Shown here in pieces: positions 26,383 through 40,219 of a stretch of 64,000 nucleotides of DNA; positions within the stretch are counted from its first letter, which is position 1; each line of letters starts with the position of its first letter. Below the pieces are notes generated by a model. It worked only from the letters and a program-made list of their open reading frames with translations, made no database searches and was not told the origin of the DNA. A program made the translations under genes and the position numbers. Source of the stretch: Harriotta raleighana (Eukaryota); assembly GCA_050575255.1 (NCBI GenBank), contig JBNZDD010013654.1, positions 1,145,718 to 1,209,717 of the forward strand, in the 5' to 3' direction.

Positions 26383-27896
26383 ATATCAAATGCAAGGATT
26401 ACTATTATTTCTATTATTATTAGAACACCCCACCACTCACATCCATGCCCATCCGATAGACCTAGTCATCTTCCAGGGCCTGACAGTCTTCGATATCATC
26501 ATCACTGACAAAGATATTTCAGATCAATATTTTATCTCCCTCAACTCCTCCATCCCCCTCCCTGCCACCCACCCCACTGCCATCTCCCATTGTCCCAGAG
26601 AAAAATTCATGCCCTCTCCGTTGCCCTTGAGGCATCTGAACTCTTACCCCTTGGCCCTTCTCCTGCAATGACTTATCCTACTTGGTCACCTTTCTAAACA
26701 ACTCTCTCTTGGTTATTCTTGACACGGTTGCCCGCATCATCTCCCATGCTGCCACCAATCGCACAAATTAGTATCAGCTAAATACTTCCAGTGCACTACT
26801 GGGGTAGTATTGATAGTGGGAATCTGTTAATGCATTTTTTATTGAATAACAATTTAAACCAAGATCACGCTTGCATATTTCAGCTGGGTGCTACAGTTGC
26901 CATGCTACAATTCAAAAGAGAAAGGAGTTTCTAGTCAATGACCTTCTCCAGATTAATTTGTTATTCATCTCATGGCTGTAGATCCTAGCTGGCACAAATG
27001 CCAAACTTGTTTAAAAAGCATCACAACATTTTATTCTATTTACTTTTGGAGTACTTTGAGATGATAGGCGTAATAGGGTGCTAGACAAATGCAAGTTTTC
27101 GTTCCTTCTCTCTTTGTTTCTTTATCTCTGTTTCTCTTTATTTCTGTGTTTCTTGCTTCTTTTGAACTCTCCCATCATTTGAAATTGTTATGTTCAATTC
27201 TATCAAAGCTTCAAAATGTCCTTTTGGATCCTCTGAAGTTGGGATATTTATATTTATCACAGAAATCTTCAGCCGCTGATATTTTTAAAGCAGGAAATCA
27301 GTTCCCATTTTCACCAAATGTATATTTGATCCCTCAAAATCTCAGATGAAAATAAATGCACAACAGCGAAATTAAGTGAATTTAATGTTATGAATACCTA
27401 ATTAAACTACTAGTTGATAAAAATAGAATTATGAGCATTTACAAGAGCCAATCAGTCTGACGAAAATTTAATTAACAATAATTTTGTCATCAAATACTAA
27501 TTGTTACTGCCTAATTCATAAGTTGTAAGGTGATATCATCATTCAAATATGACTTATTAGAAAGTTTACTCCTTGCTGCAATGATACAAACCAAGGTACT
27601 GTATTCAGCACTGAGTTCATAGTTTTGCTGCAAAATCCGATACAGTATTAATTTATTCATGGATTTCTTTTTCAAGTCCAAAGTGGATTGTTACAGTCAC
27701 ATGAAGTGTGTTTGAATACCACTCCGTTTCTACTCAAAATTGGTGATTGTTCTTCAGAAGGGAGCTATTATGGAAGACATACTTTTCTCTTCAGTTCATA
27801 GAAATGAATATAAATCCCCTGCTTCCGCATTCTGAGACTCCAAGGATAATGTCAGGGGTAAGACTAGAGGAAGCTATGAGATGTAACCCATTGCCT

Positions 27897-28868
27897 TTGT
27901 TTGCAGATGACATTAAGCTAATGAAGGTGGTAGATTGCGATCATGAACAAGATAGGTTACGGGGGATTTAAACACAGTTGGGATTTGGGAAGATTTGTGG
28001 CAGATGAAATTCAATGTGGAGAAATGTAAAGTACTTCACATAGGGACAAAAAACAACATAAACAAACAACAACCCCAGGAAGGAACTATAATTTGAATAG
28101 AAGAAAAATAATACGTGTGGGAAATGAAAAGGACCTGAGGGTCCTGATTGGCAAAAATAAATTCCCTCAAAAATAAATAAATAATAAATTGGTCATTTCA
28201 ATCAACGACTGTTTGTGGGACATTACTGTGTACAATTGGTTCCCACATTTTGCCCACATACATACAATCAACTCACTTTACAGTATCTTCTGTGAGGTGT
28301 TTTGAGACATCTAGATGACATGAAAAGTGCTACATCAAATGCAACTATTATTATTATTTAAGCTCTCTCAACAATGCATTGTGGCAGTGAGTAAAGCAAA
28401 CTAGATGGTGGAATGCATCAAAAGATCAATAGCAAGCCCCCCAAAATACCACTGTATGAATCATTTGTGAGACTATACTTAAGAGTACATTTCTGGTTGC
28501 TGCAGTACAAAAATGATATTGGAGAAATTGAGAAGATACAGAGGAGGGCAACCAAAATGATTGAGGGAATGGAAGGACCGAACTTTGAGGAGCGACTAAT
28601 TAAATTGGGCATTTTCACAATGGAAAAAAGAAGAGGTAACACAATTGCTATCTTTAAGATTGTAAAGGGGCAGGACAATATTGGTTGTTTCAACTTATCC
28701 AGAATAGTAAAACCAAAGGACATGGCCTGTGATTGAAGGGGGCAAACACTTTTCAGTGTGCGAATAGTGAACCTGTGGAACAGGCTCCCTAGGAAGAAGG
28801 TTGAAGTAGGAAGCGTTGATTCTTTCAAACACAAATTTGATAAGTTTTCTTTTAGGAAATAACATTAT
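27897..28868 (+). mobile_element. CR1-clade LINE ORF2 3' fragment (decayed RT)
   Basis: Motifs LFADDIKL, WQMKFNVEKCKVLH, DIGEIEKIQRRATKMIEG and FSVRIVNLWNRLP typical of CR1 ORF2; stops and frameshifts present. Confidence 0.88.
28160..28360 (+). mobile_element. 5'-truncated SINE nested inside the CR1 fragment
   Basis: aataaattggtcatttcaatc...gagacatctagatgacatgaaaagtgctacatcaaatgcaactattattatt interrupts CR1 homology. Confidence 0.75.
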
Positions 28869-28875
28869 TTCTCCC

Positions 28876-29184
28876 TGTGGAGTCCTGTAGCTCAGAGGTT
28901 AGAGCACTCGCCTTGCAAGCGAGAGACCTAGGTTCAATTCTAGGCAGGGTGAAAGCTTACACCAGTTTCCTTACTCCACACACCTAAGAATAATCCCTCG
29001 AAAATAAACCATTAATAAATTGGTCATTTCAATCCATGACTGTTTGTCAGACACTATTCTGTGCAATTGGCTGGCACGTTTCGCCCACAAATATACAGTC
29101 AATTCACTTTACAGCATATTCGTGATGTATTTTGAGATATCTAGAAGACGTGAAAAGCACAAAATCAAATGCAAGGATTATTAT
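28876..29184 (+). mobile_element. tRNA-Ala(TGC)-derived SINE (near full length), inserted in a CR1 3' end
   Basis: A box TAGCTCAGAGGTTAGAGC, anticodon arm CTCGC-CTTGCAA-GCGAG, B box GGTTCAATTC (28931-28940), then a body and an L2-like tail ending aaatgcaaggattattat that recur across the window. Confidence 0.85.
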
Positions 29185-30517
29185 GGGATATAGTATATAT
29201 GTGCATGCGACTGTGAAAGTGGAAGGCAAACTAAATGGACCTCAGTCTATTTTTGTCTAGCATTTCTAATGTTCTCTGGTACTATCAGCAGGCATGAGTA
29301 ACTGCTAACCAAGGCTCTTGTGAATTTTGCATTGAGGGCTACTCACTGCTTGTGATACAGACAGTGTAGCAACAAAAATCATTTGATTGAGAATAATTAC
29401 CTTCAGTTTAATACATTCAGAGGTCAATTAATCCCCCTACCCTGAATGTATACATTGCACAATGCTAATATTTTTTTTACAGATGAGTAGGAATAACCTC
29501 TCTTAAATCTGAACACTTCTTTTTTGAATGTAAAATCTACTCAAAACATAAAATATATAAACCAAAATAACCTGAGCACCACTTTACAATTTCCAGCTAA
29601 CCATCCGACCCATCTCTTTTCACTCTCTCTCCTTCTCTCTTCGCTCTCTCTAATATCTTGATGTGTTATCCTTTTTGCCTCTGGATGAAACCTAGTAGAT
29701 TCATACAAGTAGCTTAAGCTCACAAGACTGACCATTTCCTCACTCATTTTTGTAAGACACCGACTCCCAAACGTACAAATATATTCTTGATGCAAATCTT
29801 TACACCATTATTTTGGACACCAGTTTCAGGCTCTGGTAAGTGTCAATTTCTCCATGATTCGGAAAAAAACCTTTTGCATCTCAAGACACAAAACATTAAA
29901 CAACGTTTCTATTGTCAATTTAGTATTTCACTTCAGGAAGTAAAAGTCTAGCCCTTAGTGCATCTGTACTCCATTAAAAGCATCTCAGAGCTCCCACAGT
30001 GTGCTTTACATGTTGTATTATCCTCACTGGAGCAATTTAGAAAATTTATAGTTCCTGTTCATCCTTCTTTTCAACTTCCTGTAGATCCCTCAACTTCCTC
30101 CATGACTGCTCTATTGCTATCATAAAGGGATCTCTCCAGAGATGGAAAATTTGGTTTTATATATCTTTTATTTCAGTTGGTGCAGGTCCAAAAGCAGCCT
30201 GAGGTCTCACAGCTGGTAATGACCTGCTTCAGTGACATTGTGCTTCTTTGCTTCCCTCAGATACAAATCTTTGCTTTTGTGTCTAATTAAACTGTACTTG
30301 GTCAAGCGTTGACCCTGTCTGTTTCTAAGCCTTTACTTTGGGTTAAATATCTAGGGATGGGAATATTGCTGTTCTTGCTCAGGCGACAAATAGGAGATGA
30401 AACAATAACAACTTTCAGGTAAATAACACTCTTCAGGTTGGGCAGCAACTCAGAATTACCAAGTGGTATTTCTGAATTTCTGAGCACGACTTTGCCATAT
30501 GGCAGAGACTGTTTTTC

Positions 30518-31341
30518 TAAAACCTTGTTTATCCGTCACTTGAATAATCGGAAAACCCGTTCAACCGCTATCTTAAAAAAAAGTCCCGATTCGATTAACC
30601 TGAAGTTATCCGGCGAATATTGATGACGCGTTTAATGTCGGGTTTAAACGTGTTCCTGCTCCTTTGAAAAAATTTTTTTTTTTACCTTGTTCGGATTAAT
30701 GATGCCGTTGCGAAGTTAAGTACTGTATACATAATAAATACTGCTGCAGGTAGCGGCCAGAGAGAGAGGGAGGGAGCGGGGCAGGATGTGTGGGGAATGG
30801 AGAAATGGAGGAAATGGAGAAGGAGAGGAGGGAGGGGGATGGAGAGATGGAGGAAAGGGAGAGAGAGTGAGAGAGAGAGAGAAAGATGGGGGAAAGCATA
30901 ATGGAGTGAGAGAGAGAGTGATGGCAGGCAAGTTGATGCAGAGAGAGAGAGGGGGAGGGAGGGAGGGAGGGTGGGGTGAGGGTTGTTGACAGAATTTATA
31001 TGATGGATTCAGACTAAATATCTTTGAGGGTGTGTGTCTGTGTCTGTGTGTATGTTCTTTGGCCACTAGTCAGGTCTAAACTCGCTGCTGCTCCTTTTCA
31101 AAGTCGGGTTTGTTTTACCTCCGTTGAATCAGCACTGCGATTGCGAAATTAAGTATAAATAATAAAGTACTAATACAATATTCTGTTGTTATTTAGTCTA
31201 TTATTAATATGGTATGTGCTAAAACAATTTTTATTAAAAATTCTATTTTAATTTTTTAAAAATAAAACCTTATTCAACCAGAAATCCGTTTAACCGCCAC
31301 TGGCCAGGTCCTGTGTCTGCAGGATAAACAAGGTTTTACTG
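30518..31341 (+). mobile_element. Tc1/mariner-type MITE, family B (long form with GA-rich core)
   Basis: Left end TAAAACCTTGTTTATCCG (slightly clipped), right end GGATAAACAAGGTTTTACTG followed by TA; reverse-complement homolog of 42231-42954. Confidence 0.82.
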
Positions 31342-31689
31342 TATTAGAAATATATCACTCATGTAGAAGAGACAAAAATCTGCTTGTTTACAACAACAAA
31401 ATTACACTTGTATAGCGCCTTTCATGTCAGGAGGACGTCCCAAGGCGCTGGATAGTCATTGTTTAGAATTCTCTCTTCAAAAGCTATTTGCTTCTGGTAT
31501 GTCCTCCCTATATGAAAGATGCTCTATAAATATAACTTTGTTGTTGTTGTTGCCTCTCACCAATTTAAATTTTGTACGTTTTTATTTTGCACACATTTGG
31601 CTGAATAGGTGTATGGGAACAAAGTTTCTATAACTTGAAGGAGTCTTTACAAGGCATGGACACTAGAGTGAGGATTTTGAAGTCGATCC

Positions 31690-32540
31690 GCTTCAACATG
31701 CACTGGGTTAATCCATATCTCCCACCCAACCCGCCTTACCATCGGTGGCCGGGCTTTCAGCCTCTCTGTCCCAACTCCATCCCACAGTTCTTTTGCCTTG
31801 ATTCCTCCCTTTCCTCCTTCAAGGCTGGTCTCAAGACCCTCCTTTTCGATTGTGCCTTCTTCCATCCTCCCACCTCTCTCCTTCTCTTCCCTACTACCCT
31901 GACCCATCCCCAAGCTTCCCCCAATTTCCTGAATAGTAGAGGAAGGTAGACCGGCAAGGGGGGTGTTTGAGTAGTCCAGTGGAGGGGTGATGAAGGCATG
32001 AAAAAAGGGTTTTGTCAGCTTGTGCAGTTAAGTATTACTGGATGAACAACGTCGTGGAGGTGGAAAGCTGTCCTGATCTGAGACTGAAGTGGGGAGGAAG
32101 GATAACTGACGGATCGAATCTGAAGCCTAAGTTCTGCACGGTTCAGAGAATCTTAAGGATAGATCGGGTAGATCGGAACCACAGTACAGAAGACGTTGAT
32201 TCTAGCCAAAGAGTATGACTTCCATATTATTGACGTGTAACTGCAAGGAATTTGCACTCATCCAACTCTTGATGTCCCACAGATAGATGACAAAACATCA
32301 GTGGACTGGGGGTTGTAGCTGAAGGAGAAGAATTAATGTTCAGTGTCATCCACATACATGTGGAAGTTAACCTTCTATCAGTGGATGACATCAAAAGAGG
32401 GAGCACATAGATGAGAAATAGAAAGGGGCCAAGGATGGAGCAATGGGGTACCTCGGGCAGGGGCGAAAAGAATAACCATTTGTGGAAATATAGTGCTGGT
32501 GATTTGTTAGGTAGTGTGAGGTAGTAAAAGGTTAACATGG
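31690..32540. mobile_element. Cluster of L2 fragments in both orientations
   Basis: Plus-strand L2 3' UTR-like block at 31720-31900; minus-strand EVPHCSILGPFLFLIY RT motif near 32400-32460. Confidence 0.65.
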
Positions 32541-35500
32541 TAAATATTTGGGTTCAGCGAGAGGGTAGCAGGTGTTCTGAGCTAGCAAGTCTGTTCCATT
32601 TGTTAAGATTGAGGTATCAATCTGTTTGTCTTTCTTAAGGGGTAAAATGATAGTTAAGTGCTTTTTGTTTATGGTTCTTGTGTTAAATTCTGGGAGTTAA
32701 TGGTTTTTATGGCCCTGTGGGAGTTTTCCGGTCTGAACGATAGTGGAGTTAACAAGTTTATATTTTGAAATTGTTTTTTAAAAAAGTCACATGGGACATA
32801 AGGGATATAAAAACGAGGGAGTAGTGATATGGTTGTTGTTGAGGTTTGGATTTTTAACTAACACTTGACTCTCAAGATTACTAACTATAAAACTCTGAAT
32901 CTCAGGATGAGGAGATGTGAATTTGGGATAAGGCTACTCTATTCATTTATTTACCCTTGGTGGTCCAAGTGTTGAAGCTTAGTGATTAGATATCTTAAGA
33001 ATATGGGATATTATGCCTTGCTAAAATTATATTGATACAACATTATCAGTGTGTTATACAGCATAGTATAAGATTATCTGCATGCTTGCATTGATTGCTC
33101 CAAAAGCGGGAATATTTATATATTGAAGCCTGTGGGATTGAATAAATGTATTCAATAAATGTAGGTATTTTATATTCAAATGTATGTAAAAGTGTATTTT
33201 ACTGATCGATGTTTTGGTGAAATTTTTAAGATTGTTCTGACCGGGTACGATCCCCAAACAGTAATAAAGAGGGGAAGAATTGATCCTTTCAGAGTGCACT
33301 TGGAAGGAGCCCGCATGTCATTCTCTCCCAGAGATAAGAATCTTATGACAGTAGGAAATGTAGTGCTGGTAGTTTGCATCCAAGCAAATGCGATCCCACT
33401 GAGGTGGATGATGGAGAGGCGATGGAGGAGAATGGGTTAATTGACTGTGTGGAAAGTGGTGGAGAGGTGCAGGAGGACAAGGAGGCAGAGAGAGCCCTGG
33501 TCACAGAGAGTGGATATAATTTGTGACTTTAACGAGCACTCAACACTGAACATCCAATTGGATTCACTGGATATCTGACAGAAATATACTTCCTCTTCTT
33601 GATACTTACAATTTTTTTNAAAATCAACTTCATTTTTAGCATTTACTAATGGAAAGAGTTGTGAAATTAGTTCATTTAAAAATAACAACTTGCATTTATC
33701 TAGCACCCTCTCTTCAAATCTTTGAACTTCAAATAGCCAGTAGCAATTTAACCCAAGGGTTAAATGTGGCACTGAGAGACCAAGTAAGTAATGAGTATCC
33801 AGCGACAGAGTATCTTAATTTAGTTAAGTAACTTGACATCGTGGCACGCAGTGAAAGCTCATCCCTCCTGGCTCCTTCATACAATCTTGACACTGTTCTC
33901 AAGGCAATTGATGGTTACACAGCTGGGGTCCACAATCCACTCAATGAAATAAACTGTGTGCAGACCAACATCTGGGAGAGGTAGTTTATTTGAAAAACAG
34001 CATAAATGAGACTGGAATGTCAATGTGGGGTTCAATTTCTCATTGAATGTTTTTTTAAACAAGATTGGCTCAGATGAAGGCCTTTCACATCATTTAAACT
34101 CATGCTTCCAGATTAGTTATCCACAGTCCACATCATAGCATCAAACTGTTTCTTAAATGAGTCGAGCATCCTGTCTGTCTTCAATGCCCCAACTGGGTAA
34201 CCCATTCTAGTTGTCAATTACTCTTTGGGCAAATAAATCTTCCTGGTGTCTGCCTTGAAACTGCCCATTGCAGCCCTGCATTTCTACCCCTCTGCTGTTT
34301 TAGTGTATCTGAAACTGTTACTTGGGGGTTTATATTCACAATCCTACTCAACATTTTTTATAAGGTTGCCACATGATGTTTTCAAAGATATCCTTGCTCT
34401 AAATTCCTCTTCCTCAAGGCTTTGATTCTTGCTTATTGTAGTAATACTGAGAGCATTTTAAAAAAATGCTTTGCGTTTGCCACAATGTCTCTTTCCACTA
34501 GTCTCTTGGCTTCCCCAGACTGTTATCTTTCTGTACATTGTTGTATTCAGCCCAGTAGTTGTCCCTCTCTTTTCTTCATAAATGCTTTGATCTCTCTTTT
34601 CTATTTTCTGGTTGATATATTTTCTTAAGATTAAACAATCTCCAAGTGAATCTCCACCTGTGCCTTTGCCTCAACACTTGTCTCTTCCAAATCAATGGCT
34701 GAAATTGAATGAGCTTAAAACTTGCATTTCAGATCTGAATCTTGGCTTAACTGATTTCAATTTGTCGAACAAAACATGCATTTTTATGATTCATTTTCAT
34801 CCATGTGTGATTCCCAATGGATGTCAAAATGACACTTTTCTTTACAAAGCATTGTGTTTGGCAATATATTAACTGAGATGCCATCTGGCGTGGAGGGTGC
34901 TATATAAATTGAAATTGTTGTTGTTGTTAGGANTGAGATGCCATCTGGCGTGGAGGGTGCTATATAAATTGAAGTTGTTGTTGTTAGGTACAAATCCTAT
35001 AAGAATGGTTTTGTCTTCTAAAAACCTCAGGTATATTAAGCGTGGATGATACAGGTACCAGTAACAAGTCACAAAAATGCACACACTTCGGCAGGGAATA
35101 GATACTGCAATGTAGTTACACATAAGCAGCAGTGTTCGTCTTTTAAAAGAATTTCAAAGTGATCCAGAATAAGATTCCGATTTACAATTTTTCACCTTTA
35201 GGGATAGTGTGTGCTGCAAACACAAAGACAAGCCTACTCTCACGTAGATGAAGCTCACTAGAAGTTAAGTAGTCAATGGCCCAATATTAGAGTATGCCCA
35301 GATATTGATCTACAATCTCTTGAAGAAACAGGCATGAGTCAGGCATCAGCAGATGTCTAATCAGAATCTAATCTTTCTGCATTACAGGGAGTGGTAAAAT
35401 CGTATATTTAACTAACATTTTAAATGAGTTTAGTATACAAGTAAAATATCCAGTCTGCTTGTAATCTGTGCAACACCCAAACCTTGTAGGACGAGTTTAT

Positions 35501-36958
35501 TCATTGAGATAACCACTACTCAAATCTCACACGAGCAAGAGAAAAGAAAAGAATCAATGTTCAAGATGAATAACATTTGTAAAGACACAATGCTTTTGAT
35601 GGAATACTGTGGAAACATTTACACTTCAATTTTTTAATCATCACATAGTTCAATATATCATCATGCTGTCAATATCTCAATAGTTTTTAATGCAATATCT
35701 GACTTAAGGATCCCTCCCTTTATTTCATCACTCGTTTATAAGAACAACAAATTATATTTACATAGCACCTTTCACATCGGGATGACAAAAAGTCATATTC
35801 TGTACATCCTAGTAAGTAAAATATCCAACACATCCTAAGACTGTATTTATCGGCACCAATCAGCCTGCGATACCATTAGCCAGGACTGCTCAATGAACTC
35901 TCATGCTGAGTGTTCTGGTACCATGAGAAAAGGTCACACTCAGCAAGGTACGTGGTAACTGTTTTGACTGTTGTGGCAAGGTCACTGTCTTTCCGACTTG
36001 AAAGGCGCAATACAAATGTTGTATTGTGAGCAGGGATTTTAGACCTTGCCTTCTGTGAGGTTCTGCCTGATTGTTAAAGTCTGAATGATTCAGGTTGTTA
36101 AAATGAGCAAAATGAACGAAACAAATGTCACAGACACATATAAATAAACTCATATTTTATTTAAATGAAATGAGTTTTATCAAATAAACTGTGGGAGTCA
36201 GGCCGTCCTGTACACTGACAGTTACTCATTCTGCACATGGGAGGTGGATTGACAGGCAAAATGAGAAGGAGAAAACAGATGAGATGGTAAGAGCCATGAG
36301 AAAGAAGGCTGCAGGGCAGTTGGGTTGACGAAGGAATCTTGGGACACTTTTTGGAAGGAATTGAGGGATGAAATGGGAGAAGTATAGTAAAGCTTGTATA
36401 CAAGTCTGAACAGTATATTCGCTTAAGTCATACTTCTGCTTAAGTCCCATTGAACTTATTAAATCCATTTTAAAATCTGCACTAGTCATATTAACAATTG
36501 TGCAACTCATAACTCTGCTACCACACTTGCCACCTTCCAGGTCAAACCGTAGTTTTCTATGGCCTACCTCTCATTCCTACTGCACCCTGAAGCACTCCAC
36601 ATCCTCCCTTCCAGGGGATTAACACCAATATCATCATGGCAGCAATGGAGGGGGTGGAGGGATGGCAGGAAGGGGGGGAGCTGAGGGAAGAAAGAGCATT
36701 ATCTGATCATGCAATGAGCGAGGGGACAGGGAATGCCTGATCAGATGGAGAATGAAGGAAACCCGTCACCGTGTAAGAGGAATGGAAACTTTGTCCATTC
36801 TTGACTGGAATGCAAACTCATGGCTACATGAGCTGGGCTGTACTCACCATTTGCTCTCAGGTTGACACAACTGACAGGTGTGTAAGGTATAAGGCTACAC
36901 ATATCTCCCTATAAAACTGAGACAGTTAAGTGGACAATAACATCCTGCTTCAACTCTT

Positions 36959-37119
36959 TGTGGAGTCCTGTAGCTCAGTGGTTAGAACACTCGCCTTGCA
37001 AGCGAGAAACATAGATTAAATTCCAGACAGGGCGAAACCCTGGGCAAGTTTCCTTACTCTAGCCTAATAATACTACCTAAAAAAAATTAAGTCCACAACT
37101 GTTTGTGGGACACTACTGT
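36959..37119 (+). mobile_element. tRNA-derived SINE, 3'-truncated copy
   Basis: Same head as 28876 (TGTGGAGTCCTGTAGCTCAGTGGTTAGAACACTCGCCTTGCAAGCGAG) with a degenerate B box. Confidence 0.8.
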
Positions 37120-37774
37120 TAGCCATATAAAACATGACTTGTTCATATCTTTACATAAACCATATAGGGTATGACTTATGCGAGTTTGACATAACTCCTG
37201 CAAAAGTCATATTAAATGTATGATCCCAACTGATACAACTTTTGTGAGGTTTACTATAAATACTACTGAGTGTAAAGAAATTATTTAACACAAGAATCAG
37301 CCAGCAACACTACGAGCTGTGATACCATGAGTGTTGTGGATTGAAAATCACACAGACCTCTACACCGAACTTCAATAACTCTGGAGCTTGGCATGAAAAC
37401 TGGATAGTTAGCGGAAGATCATTAATCTGTTTTCTTAGCAGCAGGTTAATGATAGGCAATAAAATGCATGTGTTCATTCACCACGTACCTCCATGGGAAC
37501 ATATCTTGTATATGGTTGAATAAAAATTGTGTTGTTCAAAAGATTCAATGAGTTATTTAGCACATCAATTCTGAAATCAATAATCTGTGCATTTAATATA
37601 GTGCAATACATTGAAACATTCCAAAGGCAGTGGAATGTACAAATAAAAAATGTGAAGGAACATAGGAGTCAAATTTGTGATATTCCTCAAAATAGCATTG
37701 ATGCTAATTATCATCATAATTAATCGTGTTTAGTGTGAGTTCAGCATTCCAGGCTTCACAAACTCCAACTCTGT

Positions 37775-38406
37775 AACATTGACCAACTCCACCACTGCTT
37801 CATCTGCCAGACTGCCGAAAACCTTACACATGCATTTGTCACCTCAAGTTTTGACTACAGAAACTTCCTTCTTGTCGGCCACCTGAACTCCACAAGCTGC
37901 AGATCATACGAAACTCACGTTCTATCCCGCACCAGGCTCTGTGACCCATCAATCCCACCCTCACCCAGCTCCACTGACTCCTCAACCCTCAGAGGATGGA
38001 ATTCAAAATCCTAGTCCTCACTTTCAAAGCCCTCCACAGCCTTCCACCTCCTACTGTTCTTACCTGCTGACTCCCTATCAACTTGTCCACTTTCTCCATT
38101 CAGTAGACTCTGATCTGCTCCATGTCTCCCGCCCGACCCGGCCTACCATCGGCGGCCAGGCTTTCAACCTCTCTGCCCCCTTCCTTTGGAACTCCATCCC
38201 ACAATTAATTTGACTTGCTCCCTTCCTGGCATCCCTCACGGCCTGACTCAGGACTGTCTTCAGCTGTCCTCCTACCTCTTTAACCTCCCTCATCCCAACC
38301 CTGCCACCCCCCACATACTCGGATCCTGACCCCTGACTGTTCAGTGCCTTGGGATGTCCTCCCGATGTGAAATGCGGTCTACAAATGTAATTTTGTTGCT
38401 GTTGTT
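37775..38406 (+). mobile_element. L2-clade LINE 3' fragment (second tail type)
   Basis: Decayed HAFVTSSFDY and LWNSIP motifs; tail gccttgggatgtcctcccgatgtgaaatgcggtctacaaatgtaattttgttg. Confidence 0.8.
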
Positions 38407-38409
38407 CAC

Positions 38410-38568
38410 ACCAAAATAATCCCTAAAAAAAAGGTGGTCAATCAATCCATGACTGTTTGTGGGACACTGCTGTACACAACTGGCTGCCGCGTCTCGCCCA
38501 CAAATATACAGTCGATTCACTTTACAGTATATTCAGAGAAATGCTTTGAAAAATGCAAGGATTGTTAT
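38410..38568 (+). mobile_element. SINE 3' half (same family as 28876)
   Basis: caatccatgactgtttgtgggacactgctg...cccacaaatatacagtcgattcactttacag matches 29030-29115. Confidence 0.75.
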
Positions 38569-39749
38569 AAAACACTTTTAATATCCTGACCGACCCCTAG
38601 TTGATCTCTCTCCTCCTCCCTCTCTGTCTCTCCCTCCCTCTCTCCTTTACAACAATTAAAATAAATATGAAGATGAGAATTGCTGTCAGAACTGGTATTT
38701 ATCTAATAAGTATTATTTCAGGTTAATATTTTTATATTGGGACATGGTTTCCAAAATAGAATCGAAGGTAAATGAGTTAAATTTCCTTGATTCGTGACAC
38801 TGTATAAATTTTTGGCTATCAATAGGCATAACTGTAAAACAGTGCTCCTACCCAGCCAGGCTGTACCAGTGACATCTTGCATCCTGTAACACTAACTTGT
38901 ACAAAGGACTGTTAGTTTTGATGTGTACAACATATGGATAGAAAGCAATTTTCTAACCCTACAATAAGAAATGCAAAATGCAGTAGAAGAGAGGTTACTA
39001 AGTGACTGATTTAATTATGTGAGGCATGCACTGCATTAACTCAAACTGTACAGCAACTCTTGAAAGCCTTTCTGTGAAGCACAAAGTGGACAAAAAACAG
39101 TCAGGCTCCCCCCCAACACCTCCCCAAGTATTCTTGACAGATACTGTCAACTCTTGACATCAACCGTCTCCAGCAGTTATTAACTACAAAAAACTACGCC
39201 TGAAAGGAAGACTCCAGCAAAAAAGCTGAAACTCTGTGTAATAACGATACAAATGCACTCATAAACCGTAACATTGGCTGCCTTACTGAAAAGGTAATAA
39301 GGACAATGAAAGCTCAGCAATTTGCCATTAGCTTCTCATTTAGTTTACAATCTTAGACTCATTGTGAACACATGTCTCCATTATTGGTAGGTGAACACCT
39401 GGTGCTCTCCAAAAACAAGATTTTTCAGCTAGATCCCCACATGGAATCAATTAACACTTTGGGTGAAGTTTCGCATTAAATGGAGCGACTGAGTTGTCAA
39501 TTTAGTTTAAAACAATAACAAGGTCAATAACAGCAAATCCTGAACATTATTCAGATGTCTTCAAATCCTTTTATCATTTACAAAATCATTTTGGAATCAG
39601 CGGATATCTTCTCAGCAAGGCAGGATCATAGCTATGATTTATTACTGTACAGAAGAAAAATCCTCAACCAAACTCACCTCCCTGAGTCCTACACTTATCA
39701 CCATTAGTGGGAAGTGCAGATAAGGAACAATCTATTTCATCCCTTTGCC

Positions 39750-40219
39750 GTCTGTCCCTTACCAAACTTCGCTCCACGATTACTCCATTCCTTGCCAGAA
39801 TTCACAGGCTTCCTGTCTCGAAGTGGATCAATTTCAAGATCCTCACTCTTGTTTTCAAAACTCTCCACTCTTCTGCACCTCCTTTCTTCTCTGACCTCCT
39901 CTCGTCTCACAACAGCATACATTGCCTTCGCTCCACCAAGTCTGGCTTCCTTCTTGTCCCCGAATCCGCCGTTCCACCATCGGTGGCTGTGCTTTCAGCC
40001 ACTAAGCTCCGAGCCTCTGGAACTCCCTTCCTCATTCCCTTCACCTCACCCCATCTTTTCCTATTTTCAGGTCACGGCTAAAGACCCCCTATTTTCGACC
40101 GCGCTTTTGGTCACCTTTTTCCCCCTCCCCCTGGCTTGGCCCCGGGATATGTTTTTGTGACGCGCTCTGAGATGCCGTCTGGCATGGAGGGCATTATATA
40201 AATCCAAGTTGTTGTTGTT
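39750..40219 (+). mobile_element. L2-clade LINE 3' fragment
   Basis: ITPFLARIHRLPVSKWINFKILTLVFKTLH; tail gatgccgtctggcatggagggcattatataaatccaagttgttgttg. Confidence 0.85.

Noticed and set aside
28879-28950. Apparent tRNA-Ala(TGC) gene
   Set aside because: The acceptor stem is poor and there is no T-run terminator; it runs directly into a SINE body and tail and recurs at 36959, so it is a SINE head.
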